Part shown: positions 1 through 13,483 of the stretch, one piece after another
How positions within the stretch are numbered: the stretch's first letter is position 1
Layout: the number at the start of each line of letters is the position of its first letter
From: Octopus sinensis
Lineage: Eukaryota
Direction: 5' to 3'
Assembly: GCF_006345805.1 (NCBI RefSeq)
Contig: NC_043021.1
Location: forward strand, 24,242,001 to 24,306,000
Length of the DNA: 64,000 nucleotides
The notes under the pieces: model-generated
Database searches by the model: none
The model's input: only the letters and a program-made list of their open reading frames with translations
Told to the model about the DNA's origin: nothing
Program-made: the position numbers and the translations under genes

Positions 1-2334
1 TTGCAACAATAGTTGCCGTACTTCCCTCGGGTTGTTCAGTTTGGGTATCCTGCACGAGATCAATAGCAAATTTTTTGCTCTCCTTTATGATAGAATGAAG
101 CTTCTTTCGTCTCTCGTGATTTTCCACGAGCTTTATCATCCAGTCATTCGATATTTCGAGATATTTGGCCAGTCCAATTGTGGTTGTTTTGTAAGCTAGT
201 TCAAATTGGATCAGGCCTCGACCTCCTTGGGCTCTGGGAAGGTAAAGGCGATCTACGTCTGCCTTTGGGTGGTGCATCCTATTACAACTCAGCAGCTTGC
301 GTACTTTCCTATCTATATTCTTTACTTCACTCATATTCCAGTTCAACACATTGTAGCTATAAGTAACAACAGGAACTGCTAAGGAATTTATAGCTAACAC
401 CTTGTTACGTGCATTTAGTTCAGATTTCAGGACTGCACGAACTCTCTTATAACATTCCTTCCTGATCTTCTCTTTCATGCTTGCATGCTGAATACCAGAG
501 CCTTCATTTATCCCTAAATATTTGTATGTTTGTTCTTGCTCAAGCTCTCTTATGACTGTGTCAACATCTAACACGATTGAATTTGTGGTCTTCACTTTCC
601 CTTTCTGGAAAGTAGCCTTGGCACACTTCTCAAGTCCAAACTCCATCCCGATGTCATCGCTGAATGCTTTCACGGTGCGCAATAGGCCTTCAAGTTCATT
701 ATTGTCTTTACCATAAAGTTTTAAGTCATCCATATAAAATAGATGGCTTATGTTTTTATTGACAATTTTATACTCATACCCTGTTCTGTTTAATTCACTT
801 GTAAGGGGTATTAGGGCTATGCAGAATATTAAAGGTGAAAGTGAGTCACCTTGAAAAATTCCACAGTTGATGTTTATATTTTCTGAGGCAAGTACTCCAT
901 TAGAGTGGTATAATTGGAGATTCGTATTCTACAACGACATATTGTGCTTCAGGAAGTTTGAAATCACAGGGGAAATTTTGAAGATGTCCAGCAATCTCAA
1001 GATCCATGGATGCGGTATACTGTCGAAGGCCTTTTTATAGTCAATCCATGCGGTGCTGAGATTTCTGCGCTTGTTGTGACAGTTCTCAAGGATCATACTT
1101 GATTAGCAGTTGATCGTTGCATCCGTAGAGCCTCGGCAGCACCTTTTGTTCAATGGGGAAAATATCGTTCTTCTCCATGAATGCATATGTTTTCTCCGCC
1201 AGGATAGATGTTAGGATTTTATACGTGGTGGATAGACAGGTTATAGGCCGATAGTTTTTTGGAAGGTTGGTTTCGTTATTCTTTGGGAGTAGGTAAGTAA
1301 TGCCACTTGCTAACCATTCAGGTGTTTTCTTTGGGTCTCTCATAATTCCATTGAGCAGCTGAACTAGCTTATCGTGTGCGCATGGGAGCGATGCGAGCCA
1401 GAAATTCGGCACCCTATCTTTACCGGGGGATTTCCAATTATGGGCCTTCGTGAGTGCCTTTCTTAGATCTGCTATTGTGATGTCTTCCCATGCTTGTTGT
1501 TGTAAATTTTGGTAGGATCCTTCAGTTTGTATAATCCAGTCTGCATTTATGTTGTACGTCTTCTTGTCACTCCAAATCTTCTTCCAAAAGTTTTGAACTT
1601 CTTCCATGGGAGGGGGGTCTTTAACGGTTACTTTCTCCTTCCCTATTTCTCTGTAGAATTGTTTGGCATTGGATGTGAACAGCTTATTTTGCATGTAAAA
1701 CTTGTTTCTCTTCTCAAATCTTCGTATTCTTTGGGCTTTTGCTTGGACTTTTTGTTTCAGCGTTTCTTTTATTGATATCAGTTCTTTCTTGTTGAGGATC
1801 CAAATTTTCTCTTCATCTTTCTTCCTGTTCTGGATCTTACATCATTTCCACATATTAGTTCATTTAATATTGATATTTCCCCTCTCATAAATTCAATCTC
1901 TTTTTCAATTTTACTTCTCCAGGTTTGATTTCTTCCCAGGTTTTGTTTTCTTTGTTTTTTCGGGGTCATACAGCTGGTTTCAATTGCCCTAGCAGAAGCG
2001 TAAATAATTTCATTTAACTCAGTAAAATCAGGTTTTAATTCTCGTATTATTTCATTTGTTACATAGTTGCTAATTTGGATTTGTTTTTTATTTTGGTTTG
2101 TATTTGAGAGTTTATGAAGTGGTTCTCTATCATTCATACTTGTATGTCTTACAACTTCAAGCGTATTCAGGATTTTCTGCCTCATTTCTGCCATAGACTC
2201 TCTGTGTTCTTCAGCAAATGCGAGATCTTCAGTTACTGTTGTTTTTTCGTTTTCCTGGCAATCTTTAACAGGTACAATAGAATTTCTTGTATCTTCAGGC
2301 CTTTGCGTACTTTGGTCAGATGGCAGTCTTTCAA
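1..2334 (-). mobile_element. R4/Dong-clade non-LTR retrotransposon (copy A), 5'-truncated, runs off the left edge; frameshifts and a premature stop
   Basis: Minus-strand translation gives RT motifs WKSPGKD, NYRPITCL, AWIDYKKAFDSIPH, GIFQGDSLSP (~834-865), HLFYMDD (725-748), YKYLG and RLYLPRAQGGRGL. TAG at 929-931 lies where W is expected. The N-terminal region is in ORF 1778-2368. Confidence 0.93.
1086..1694 (-). pseudogene. RT domain 0-2 fragment of LINE copy A
   Basis: ORF track: NAKQFYREI...WKSPGKDRVPNFW...GITYLLPK...NYRPITCLSTTYKILT...EQK; ends at a frameshift. Confidence 0.9.
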
Positions 2335-2367
2335 TTTTTAAGTCTATCCAGGCCATGCATAATTTCA

Positions 2368-2410
<43 letters not shown>

Positions 2411-2417
2411 TATTATG

Positions 2418-2488
<71 letters not shown>

Positions 2489-2492
2489 TATT
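2368..2492. repeat. (TAA)n tail of LINE copy B and apparent insertion target of copy A
   Basis: About 125 bp of ATT repeats directly after the 3' UTR of copy B. Confidence 0.9.
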
Positions 2493-5250
2493 TGATGAAA
2501 ACTCTCAGTTTATTCTGCTGAGTATGATGGAAAGTGCCAACTGTCCACAGTCAGCAGACCAAGGTGGCATTTGTTTACTGGTCATGCTTCCAGAACGCTG
2601 CGAAGAATTCTTGCTGTTCTAAGCAATTCTGATTCTTGTATGCTATTTACCTTTACATTTGTACCAATGCTGGTAGTTCAGTGCTGACACTTCCAAATGC
2701 GCCAATTACTATTGGTATCCCATCTACACTCCTCTTTGACCTTCATATTCCCCACCTTTCTCTAGTCCCCACTTTTCGCACAGTTTCCAATGTAACACTT
2801 TTGCTACCTGATCGTGTCGCCACATCTTGAGTTGAGCTTTGATTTCAAGAGAAGTCTGAGGCGCTTGAAATATGCAGCGATGACCTTGTCTTTCATTTCT
2901 CTGTGCAAAATATTGGCCAGCACCGGAATAACAAGTTACTTGTACCCATCATCATCCAGATCTTCCATTCCCTCTCCGTTTGGCAATTCTATGCCCCTAC
3001 AAGTCACTCTTTTTCTCCGCATCAAAGTAAGCATCGCACACTTCGAGATGCCGAATTCCATCCCTATATCCTTGCTGCACATTTGCACAGTCTCAGCCAG
3101 CCTCTCCATTTCAGGCTCTGCTTTTGTGAACAGTTTTAAATCATCCGTGAACAGAGAAGGTGATTGCGACGAGGTCCATTTTTCCTCAGCTCAAAGTAGG
3201 GCTACAGAAAGTGGGATCAAGGCCATAACAAATAGCAGAGGTCTTCGTGGAAGATAGCTCTTTTAATTGTTACTGCGGCTTAGTGCTGGTTGTTACAGAA
3301 AAGACGCGTTTCCCACTAGGCATACTGTTCTCAATCAATGCTCACACTTTCTCAGCTATTCTACACATGTCGAGGGTTTCCAAAATTCACGAATGCGGCA
3401 ACATGTAAGCTTTTTTTTAAGTCTATCCAGGCCATGCATAATTTTTATTTTTGGTACCATTTACAGTTCTTCATTATAACCTTGTCTATCACAAAGTGGT
3501 CCTTGGCGCCCTTGGACCCTTTTCGGCATCCCTTTTGTTCTACTGGCAGTAGATTGTTTTTCGCCAGGAACGTATATATTTTCCCTGCAATGATACCTGT
3601 TAATACTTTCCATGGGAGGTTAAGACAAGCAATGGGTCGGTAATTGCCAACCTCATTGCCCTTTGACCGATCTTTCATTAACAATGTTGTTCTTCCCTTT
3701 ACCATCCATTCCGTAGGCAATTGTCTCATTGCAACGCCATTCTCTTGTGTATTGACCTAAACCACTCGAGCCAGTAAACTTGAATTCCGTCTGGTCTGGC
3801 CACTTTCCAGTTTAGTAGTTTTGATATCTTTGCAATGACATCTTCCGTTGTTATGCGCACATGGTCCTTTTGATGGTACAGACTTTACAGTAACTGGTGC
3901 TTTCCCTATCTTCCTGTAAAACTTTTTGGGGTTATCTTTGAAAATGTTGTCCTTGAAGAATCTAACACGCTTTTCATACCTCGCTATCCGGGCAGCTTTC
4001 GCAGATACTTTTTGCTTGATGGCTTCTATTCTATGGTGGAATCAATATCAAGTATAGTTTTCATATTATATTTTTTCTTTAATTTATGGGTTTTTGTAGG
4101 TTTGGTAGTCTTATCAACCTTAAGGCTTTTCAAATATTCAATGTCAGACCTAAGTAGTTTAATTTGATGTTGGATACGCTCTTGCCAAGAAGGCTTTTTG
4201 TGGGAATATTGCCGTTTTCTAATCTTTTCACCATATAGAATCGTTGAGATTTTCGCGGATGCATAGTACAGGTGGTTGAGATCTGTGATATTAACATCAT
4301 TAGCTGAAATTATATCCTTAAGTGCAAGGCGGATTTTACCAATTATTTTCATGTTTTGGTTAGAATTGCGGATTTTAGGGAGTGTGTCGCGTTCATCCAT
4401 ACTGGTTTCTTTAATTTTCAGCCATTCAATCATGATCTGATTCTTTAGCTCATGTAGTTCTGTTGGGTCAATATTTGTGTGACTGTATTAATCTATTTGA
4501 TGTTCATCTGTCTTAGTGTTTATGATTGGTTCAGTGAGTATTTCACTTTGCCTATCAATTATACTAACTCTTTCAATCCTTACTTCGTTTAATCAGTCTA
4601 TAATTATTTCCTCTGTATTATGGTCTATAATTAGTTCCTCTGTATTATCTTCTTTAGCTGCAGCTTCGTTGTTTTCATCCATTACTGCTTGTTTAATTTG
4701 GTCAATCTCTACTTCAGTCAGTAATTTTCTTTTTATAATGTTTCTTCTGACTTTGGCAAGTTTGTTACTGTCTATGTAGGGTCTTACTTCAGGGTGTTTC
4801 TGTCTCCGGTTTATGTAGGTTTGCATAGTGTTAGATTTATCTGTGGGGAAACATATGGCATGGTAGAAGGCTGCAAGAACTTCCTTATTATCTTCCCTAG
4901 ACCATTTTTCATTCTCTTTCTTTTGGCTATTTGATGACAGGCATGGATGGCCATCTGTTGGAATATTCCGGTTGTGGGGTACGTCCAGCTCTTGTGTATC
5001 GGTAAGGTTTGAACCAGTAGCTGATTCTTCAATCAGAATTTGGTTCAATATTCGGGTTTGTGGTCTTTTGTATTCCGCTCGATGACCATTGCGGTTTGTA
5101 ATTTGTTTTGTTGACATTGAGGCATGACGAGCTTCGGCTCTTACATTAGGAAACGGATCTGTCAGTTTTGGGTTAGGTTTTTGCGACAAGACCGTTTCTG
5201 CATGTAAACATTGTTCATAGCGTAGGTTCTTAAGGCAAGCAGATCTGTAT
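2493..5250 (-). mobile_element. R4/Dong-clade non-LTR retrotransposon (copy B), near full span but heavily decayed with internal deletions
   Basis: N-terminal R4-type motif KWSREDNKEVL...KLAKVRRNIIKRKLLTEVEIDQIK (ORF 4593-5189), KKPSWQERI (4026-4433), NYRPIACL...EQKGCRKGSKG (3445-3729), LCMAWID, LLFTDDLKL, RHDQVAKVLHWKL, PIVIGAFG, LRTARILRSVL. (TAA)n flanks both ends. Confidence 0.88.
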
Positions 5251-5254
5251 TCGT

Positions 5255-5471
5255 ATTATTATTATTATTATTATTATCATCATCATCATCAATGATATTA
5301 TTGTTTTATGTGTAGTCGCAGCAGTTGTTGCAGCAACAGCAACAGTAACGTAGGAGGGGTGGTGGTAAGGGTGATAGTTGGGCCTCAGATTCCTGTGCTA
5401 TCGTAATAGTAGAAGTAGTTGTAGTATTATTGTAGTATCAGTAGTATTAAGTATTAGCAGCAGCAGCAGCA

Positions 5472-5534
<63 letters not shown>

Positions 5535-5816
5535 CATCATCATCATCATCATCATTATCACCATCACTACTACTATTGAGGGAATAGTTGGTTAGCATTT
5601 GGTTAAGAGGTCATATTCTATAGGTCTATAAATAGATTCGGCAGATGGTGGAGAGGTCAGCCATAGAGGCAAAGGACACTTCGCACCCTTTAGGTCAGGA
5701 GAAGTCAAATGTGTTTATTACTACCAGTGGATAGTGGGAGCGTTGCCTTGAAAAGATGTAATTCAACTTGTTCTATTTGTAATTAATGGTAGGAAATAAC
5801 AAGAACAATAATAATA

Positions 5817-5902
<86 letters not shown>

Positions 5903-5909
5903 ATTATAT

Positions 5910-5950
<41 letters not shown>
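5255..5950. repeat. Compound microsatellites (ATT/ATC, CAG, TCTA, TA)
   Basis: Directly visible simple repeats. Confidence 0.9.
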
Positions 5951-5957
<7 letters not shown>

Positions 5958-7014
5958 TATTAATGTATATGTATACACACACACATATTTTCTGATATTC
6001 ACGTCGATGAAATTTTGAATTTCTGAATTCAGTCGTGTTGTTGCAATAAAAGTTGTGTTTACGTATTTGGGTAATATATTAAAGTTTTTAAGTATTCTTG
6101 AGATGTTCGTTTTTCTGTCCAGTTGGAGAATATAGTAAGACTTTTGCAATGGAAAGGATATTTACATTTTCGAATGCTCAGGGAGAGTAAAAAAAAAGAA
6201 AACAAGTTGTGGCTAGTAAAGTTCTAAGATTTACTAAATATGGTCTTTTGTATGACTGCACAGAGAGAAATGGTAGTGTTCTTAGAATAAAAAGGAGGAT
6301 GATATTTACATTTTCGAATACTCAGGGAGAGAGGAAAGGATAATTTGTCGCACATTAGTTGTAGATATTAAAGATTTTTTTTGTATTTTAAGCTGACCGT
6401 TTGTGTGTTCGATAGCTGTAGGTATGTAAGTTTCCTAACTTATTTTATTTTGAAGGAAATTTAAAATATTTACAGGAAATTGTAGATATTCCAGTCTTTG
6501 GGAATAGTAGGAGGAAGAACAGGTTCACCTTACTGGGTTTTTGAATTTCTGAATTTCTTTTTCTTTTTCTCTTGGAATTTTTCTCTTATTTTAAAAAGTT
6601 TTGCTGTGGTTTACAGTATTTGTAGCTGTGCAGTATGAATATATTTGCAGGTGCTTACTTCCATAATTTTTTATCGTGCATTTAATTGTGATGTTACAAT
6701 AAAAGGTATTTTTACATATTCTGTTAGTCAAGGAAAAAGGGACGACAAAATGTTCACACAAAATTGGAGATATTTATGTTGTCTAATTTTTTATTGTTAG
6801 GTGTTCGTTTGTATGTCCAAAGCTGTAGATATGTAAGTTCCTTAACTTATTTTGAGGGAAATTCAAATCACTCACAGAAAACAGTAGATCTTCCAGTTTT
6901 TTACAGTTGTTTTTTCAGTTGTACTACTGGGTTGTACTAGTGTTTCTGTGTCTTCAGCTGCTGACAGGTCAGAGCAGCGAAGAACACGTCCAGCCTCTGT
7001 CCCGTCCTATTATC

Positions 7015-7068
<54 letters not shown>

Positions 7069-7072
7069 GTTA

Positions 7073-7124
<52 letters not shown>

Positions 7125-7168
7125 GTGGGAGAGGAGTGCGTGCCATCAAAGTGTCACTGGGGTAAAAT

Positions 7169-7440
7169 ACATCATGACCTTCCTCCCTGGTGAGAAAATT
7201 ACGTCTCTTCTATATTCTTACCCCTTTTCAAGGGCGCGTACTCGCTAGCAGCAATGTACCCGGATGATCATACCCCCTTACACACACATACAGTGGGAGA
7301 GAGACCAACAGACAGACAAAACCGTCAATAACGTGGTAGCTTTTACAACCATATTTGTTGAATTGTGAAATTTTTAAATACAATCTGTTCTAGTCTATAC
7401 CTATATGAAATGAGCTTAGTCCACCCTCTGTTTACCAAAC
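7169..7440. repeat. Left arm of ~270-bp inverted repeat (partner 11070-11365)
   Basis: Reverse complement matches 11070-11365, e.g. CTAGCGAGTACGCGCCC(T/G)TGAAAAGGGGTAAGAATATAGAAGAGACGTAATTTTCTCA. Confidence 0.9.
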
Positions 7441-8458
7441 AACTTTCTAATCGTATTTATCAAATACAAAGCCTGTCCAAAATGTCGCACTGTGGGACTG
7501 AACCCAAATCCACATACCTACAAATCTTACTTTTTAATCCCATTGTCATGCCTTTGTTTTAATGTTATATTTTGTTACAAAATAAAAATGAAGTCCAAAG
7601 CAAATATTACAATGTATGTACGTTCTAAACGACGATAATGACTCCTACACGATGCAGTTGTATAAGTATTTATTTAACATTTATTGATGTCTGTAGAGTC
7701 AGATTTAGACGTGAGCGGGGTGTTATATGTTTGAGTGACTCGCATCTTTCATTATAATAAAACTTAAACCTTTAATTCCGGCAAGCAAAACCGGATCATT
7801 GGCAAGTTATATGTGAATCGTACCTTTTATTTCACGTCTTACTATGAGCAAAATAATTCATACATTTAAATTTCTTCTCATCGGGAATGGTACGTTTACA
7901 AAAGTTTGTATCTTCTAACTCCGTTTTTCTCCTTCTTTGTCATAACGATATAAGAAAGGTACGAATGAACATGCCACCATCTTATTTCCAGTATTTCATT
8001 ATAAAAATTAATGGTAAACACTACATTGCGCGACAGAAGATCCATCAGCCTTCATTATGTTGGTAATTAACTCTATACTGAGCAGTAAGCGACTATGTTG
8101 TAAACAAGCCGTACCTGGTGTCGTAGATCAAAGTTAAGAAGCGAAAGCATTGAAAAATTGGTGTTGCGTTAGTTTTCAGCGCTGGATTCACCTTTTAAAA
8201 GGAGATTAACTTTGCCAACTTTGCTTTAAAGGGACTCTGATTTAAACTTAAACCGTTTTTATTATTGTTAAAGCAATAAATGGAAGAATCTTTCGTGTTC
8301 TCTAAGAAGGTAATTTGGCCAAAAATTCCTAATTATTTTCCCACTATATATTTCTCCTTACCGCCTCTCAATCTTTTCTTTCTTTTTTACTCTTTTTCTT
8401 ATTTCTTCTGTTTCACTACTCTTTTCACATACACGAAATTACAGAGGGAGGTAGAGAT

Positions 8459-8467
8459 AGATCGATC

Positions 8468-8545
<78 letters not shown>
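8459..8545. repeat. (GATA)n microsatellite
   Basis: Visible tandem GATA. Confidence 0.95.
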
Positions 8546-10024
8546 GAAAGCGAGAGAGATGGGTGGAGGGAGAGAGTATGAGTGTGAGGTGGAGAAAGAG
8601 AGAGTATGAGTGTGAGGTGGAGAAAGAGATATGAGAGAAAAAGCTGGAGAATGACTTCATATTTTATTTCATCAGCATGAAATGTAACCATAATTAACCT
8701 TATAAAAACATCATAGCTCTCATCTGTCAACCAGCGTTGTATGGTCGGCACTAATTAATTCTGGAATCAAACTGCGTTGAAAGATGATTGAACAAGTTCT
8801 CTGGCGGGTTAGTGTGGGATTGGGTGTATAGCTGATAATGATGCAGCAATATTTAATTTCAATGTAGGAAATTTAATGAGGGATGTTCCATGTTAAGTAA
8901 TTAAAACAAATTAAATCTAGAGTTTAATAATGACTTGATGACTGAATACATTTATTAATATAACCTGAACACGAAGAAGAATGAAAACAAACATACGAGG
9001 AAATTAAAAAGAAGAATCTAATTTGTCGAGAATCAAATACAAAATGGAGTGGAGGAAACAAGTTAATTTATACGAAATACAAACAATTAGAAAGAAAAAG
9101 GTTGATATAAATCAAAAGAATTATGGATTGTAGAATATCTCATGAGGATTTAAAATAATATGGTAAAAAAAGATATAATTCATTGAATAATGACTTGAAG
9201 AAGGAAACAACGGGATGTTAATCGAAAACAAAATGTATAATAGAATAAACGCCGGCGATGAAAATTTTAAACATCAAATCATGTTTTGATTAAGGGCAAC
9301 GGTTTATAAGGAAAGAGAAATTGCGGTATTAATGCTTTTCGAAAGTATTAAGGTTACAAAAACAAAACAAAAAAAGAGATATTATAACAATGGGCTTTTC
9401 TTTGATTCGTCAACTGCTGATCTCTTGTTCCACGATGTTTGCCTCATCAATTATAACGAATCTTAAAGGGAAACGCTGAGTTCACCAGCGCCAAAGCAGT
9501 GAATGAAGTCGAATCATCTGTAATAATTATTATGCTGAACACACATGCACATACATATACACACGTACACACATAACATATACACACACACACCTACTTT
9601 CACTCTTTGCTTTTCTCTTTCTTTCTCTCCTCTCTCTCTCTTTCCCTCCTCACTCTCTCTCATTCTTACCCCGAAAAGCTAGAGTGGAGAGCAAACGAAA
9701 CCCAACCGCATCAAATATTCAAGACAGATGGTCAGAAGGAATCACTAAGGTACAAAACGACATCCATATAAAAATGTGTCCAATGAGTTGCTTTGTCGCT
9801 CGTCTCTGCGGTACTATTTTTATTTTCTATTTTCTTTTTCTAATGAGGTTGGTAACGTAACTTTCTCAAGAGTATCACAATTACGGACATAGAGAAAAAA
9901 CTGCAAACCGGGAAACAAGATGACGATCTTATCTTTACGCGACGCAGTAGTTTCACTGACATGATTATCAGTAAATTACTGAAATCAACTCGGGGAAATC
10001 CAGCACGGAATAATAATAATAATA

Positions 10025-10059
<35 letters not shown>

Positions 10060-10481
10060 AAAACATCAAAATGACAAGATAAAATACAGAAAAAAAACCA
10101 AAAAGACGTGATTCCAGTAATGGTGAAAATAATTCCGACATTTTAATTTTCAAATTATTGATCTTCGATTTTTGTTGTTGCTGTTGTGCATATTCATTCA
10201 TCTGGGACACGGTGGTTACTATGGATAATTAAACATTATAAAAGGGAAAATATTGACAATAATTTGATTAGTGACTTCTTTGCTTCGTTCAACCGAATAA
10301 TAATGACGATGGTGATGAGGATGATAACAACAGCGACAACAACAACAACAATAATAATAATAATAAATTTCGTTTATTTGCCACAGGAGCATCTCAGGAA
10401 TGGGGCATTACGATAATAACAATAATGATAATAATGGCAATAATGATGATGATGATGATGATGATGATGATGTGATGATGA

Positions 10482-10630
10482 TGATGCAGTACAAGGCAGT
10501 GGATCTCATGGCTATGTCCTGATGCAGTACCAGGCAGTCGCTCCGATGGTTATACCCTGATGCACTACCAAGCAGTGGTTCTCATCTCACGGCTATGCCC
10601 TGGTGCACTACCAGGCAATGGCTCTCATGG
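10482..10630 (+). repeat. Degenerate ~39-bp tandem repeat, about 4 copies, at the start of a probable dispersed repeat (10482-11062)
   Basis: Unit approximately CTGATGCAGTACCAGGCAGTGGCTCTCATGGCTATGCC. Confidence 0.75.
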
Positions 10631-11069
10631 TTTCTGATCTTACCTGATTGAAAGTGTTATCATGTAAATTGTTTTGTTTTGGTATAAAAGATGGGCTACA
10701 GCAAATATTCTGCTCAATACCACAGATTTGCTTGTCAGTTGTTTGACCCTAACCAGTTGAGCATGTCCCTTAGTGGCTGACGATATGTGAATCTTTGATC
10801 ACGAGCAGAAGTAGTTGGGGAGCATCATAACCGTGTGTTGAGAGGAATTTTTTGTGATTTGGATAATTCACCTTTGGAAACAAGGGTATTTTGTTCAACC
10901 TCCCTAACCCTTATTCAGGGATCTTTCGGGCGGAATGGGCTACTCAAAATGAAAAAAGTTCTAACTGGGCCCCACCTGCAAGGTCATGCGCTGTTTATCA
11001 TGATATGAGATCAGTATGTCGTGTACATGTGGTTGTGATACATGTACCTGGTGTACCCTTATGAGCCGA

Positions 11070-11220
11070 GTTTGGTAAACAGAGGGTGGACGAAGCTCAT
11101 TTCATAGGTATAGACTGGAACAGATTATATTTTAAAATTTCACAATTCAACAAATATGGTTGTAAAAGCTACCACGTGACAGACGGTTTTGTTTGTCTGT
11201 TGGTCTCTCCCCCTCTCCCA

Positions 11221-11262
<42 letters not shown>

Positions 11263-11365
11263 ATTATCATCCGGGCACATTGCTTCTAGCGAGTACGCGC
11301 CCGTGAAAAGGGGTAAGAATATAGAAGAGACGTAATTTTCTCAGCAGGGAGGAAGGTCATGATGT
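11070..11365. repeat. Right arm of inverted repeat (partner 7169-7440)
   Basis: Reverse-complement match to 7169-7440, interrupted by a TA/TG microsatellite. Confidence 0.9.
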
Positions 11366-11769
11366 CCATAACTGAGGGAAAAGTATAGACCTATGATTTT
11401 GGTGTCACTAAGCTGAGACGGCGGCACGTGGCACGCTTCTGCATTATTTTCAAGATGGATATGAATGGAACGATCTACTCGGAACTTCTTATTGCCATCA
11501 AACTAACTCTATCTAAATTTGATAATATAATCATTTAAAAGAGGCTTTGAATATCTTGCAAACCCCGCTCAAGTAGATATCTACCAAAGGAGCTGCCCAG
11601 ACACTGCTTAATCTTGAAGAAAGACCATAATTCTTTTTGGAAATTTAAATTTCCCTCGAAACGTCAAAGGTAAAAAAAAGAAAGATAAATATATACCAAT
11701 ATGTATACACACACGGAATCTTGGGGTTAGTAGCCCTCGATCTTAACCACTGCGCCATATGCCCGAGGA

Positions 11770-12520
11770 CAATTATGGAGTGAATCTTAGGGCTTATAAA
11801 TCTAATATTTTCCTATCTTTCCTTAATACCGGTTCCCTTATGCTATTCATATCTGCATTCAGTCTACTTGGGAGGTTGTTGTGTCCTAACAGATGTGCTG
11901 CATCTTTTAGCTTTCGTATTTTCCAGTGGAGTTCTCTATCTATTTCTTGAACTCCGTCCCTCTGTGGGACGATGTCTATTGCAAAATTCACAAGGGATCC
12001 GTGGCGGAGGCTTTGATTGTTGCAGACTCCATTTTCTCTCTTGTTCCTCTTCTCTCCTGTGTCGTTCAGCTTCAAAATGATCTGTTACAACGGAGATGGA
12101 ATGATGTCAGCCGGGCCTGTCCGGTGCCTCAATGTCCCAGGCTTTGTTTGGGATCGATTCCTTTCAGTTTTAGGATTTGCTTCAGTTAATCCTTGTATCG
12201 ACGGAGGGGACGGCCACAGAGTCTACTTCCAGTGGAAAGTTCACTATATAAAATTTGATGAGGCAGTCTGGTCTCTTTCATTCTTCCAACGCATCCCGTC
12301 ACGGTGTTGCTGGTTTTGGTGTTTTCCAAATTGGAGACATTGGTTATATAGTCATTCCATTTGATATTCATAATAGAGCGGAGGTTTTTGACGTCACTTC
12401 AGTAAAGAGTCCAGGTTTCACAACTGTGGAGGAGAATGGAGATCACGACTGCTAGGTAGACACTCTATTTTGTTTTGCGGTTCAGATCTTTGTTCTTAAT
12501 GATCCTGGTGCATCTAACTT
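11770..12520 (-). mobile_element. RTE-clade LINE 3' fragment, decayed
   Basis: MNIKWNDYITN...GRMKETRLPHQILYSELSTGSRLCGRPLRRYKD resembles the RTE post-RT motif (IKWQDRIPN...RMEDSRLPKKILYGEL..G.R..GRP..RYKD). Confidence 0.85.
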
Positions 12521-12612
12521 AAGTATCATATTCATTTGAATCTAAACTTTGCTGAACTTATATATATATTTGTTGTGCAAGATTTTTTATGTGAAGTCGT
12601 GTGTTGAAACAG

Positions 12613-12989
12613 ATATTGTTATATTTCGGAATGGTCATTTTGCCAGTTTAGCCAATAAAAACACACGCACTATATATTTGGTGTTATTTTGCGTTTATGT
12701 TTATTTAGTGTGTGTATGTGGGGGATGTCTGTAATATTTTTATCTTCTGTTTATATATGTTCATGTAATTTGTATTTTGTTTTTTGTTTTTGTTGCTTTT
12801 GTTTTTGTTTATTCTTATTTTGTTCATGTGTTTACATCCACTTATTATTATCATTACATATGCTTGTATGTATGTATGTATGTATGTATGTATGTATGTA
12901 TAACAACAATACTAGTAATAATAATAATAAATTGAATCGAAAGAAAAAAAAGTAAACATATATATATACATATATACAATATATATATA

Positions 12990-13057
<68 letters not shown>

Positions 13058-13423
13058 TTTATTTCTATTTGTTTATTTGTCTGTGTATTTATTATGTTTT
13101 CAGGATCCTCTATCATCATATGTTGTGGTGTGTGTATAATGAGCATTGGAGACAACTCAAGGAATGTAAAAGCTCATCGATTCTGTACCAACACGCCGAA
13201 CAAGAACACGGGGGATCAATCAATAACATAGAAATTAAAATATTATCCACACATAGATCAGATGCAACAATTAGACAAATTACAGAAGCTACACACATAA
13301 TAGAAAATAAACCTAGCCTGAATAGAAAACTAGAATGGAGCACTAACACACACCACAACATATGACGATAGAGGATCCCGAAAACATAATAAATACAAAG
13401 ATAAATAAACAAATAGAAATAAA

Positions 13424-13483
<60 letters not shown>

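Noticed and set aside
7169-11365. Calling the inverted-repeat interval a DNA transposon
   Set aside because: No TSD and no recognisable transposase between the arms; kept only as an inverted repeat.
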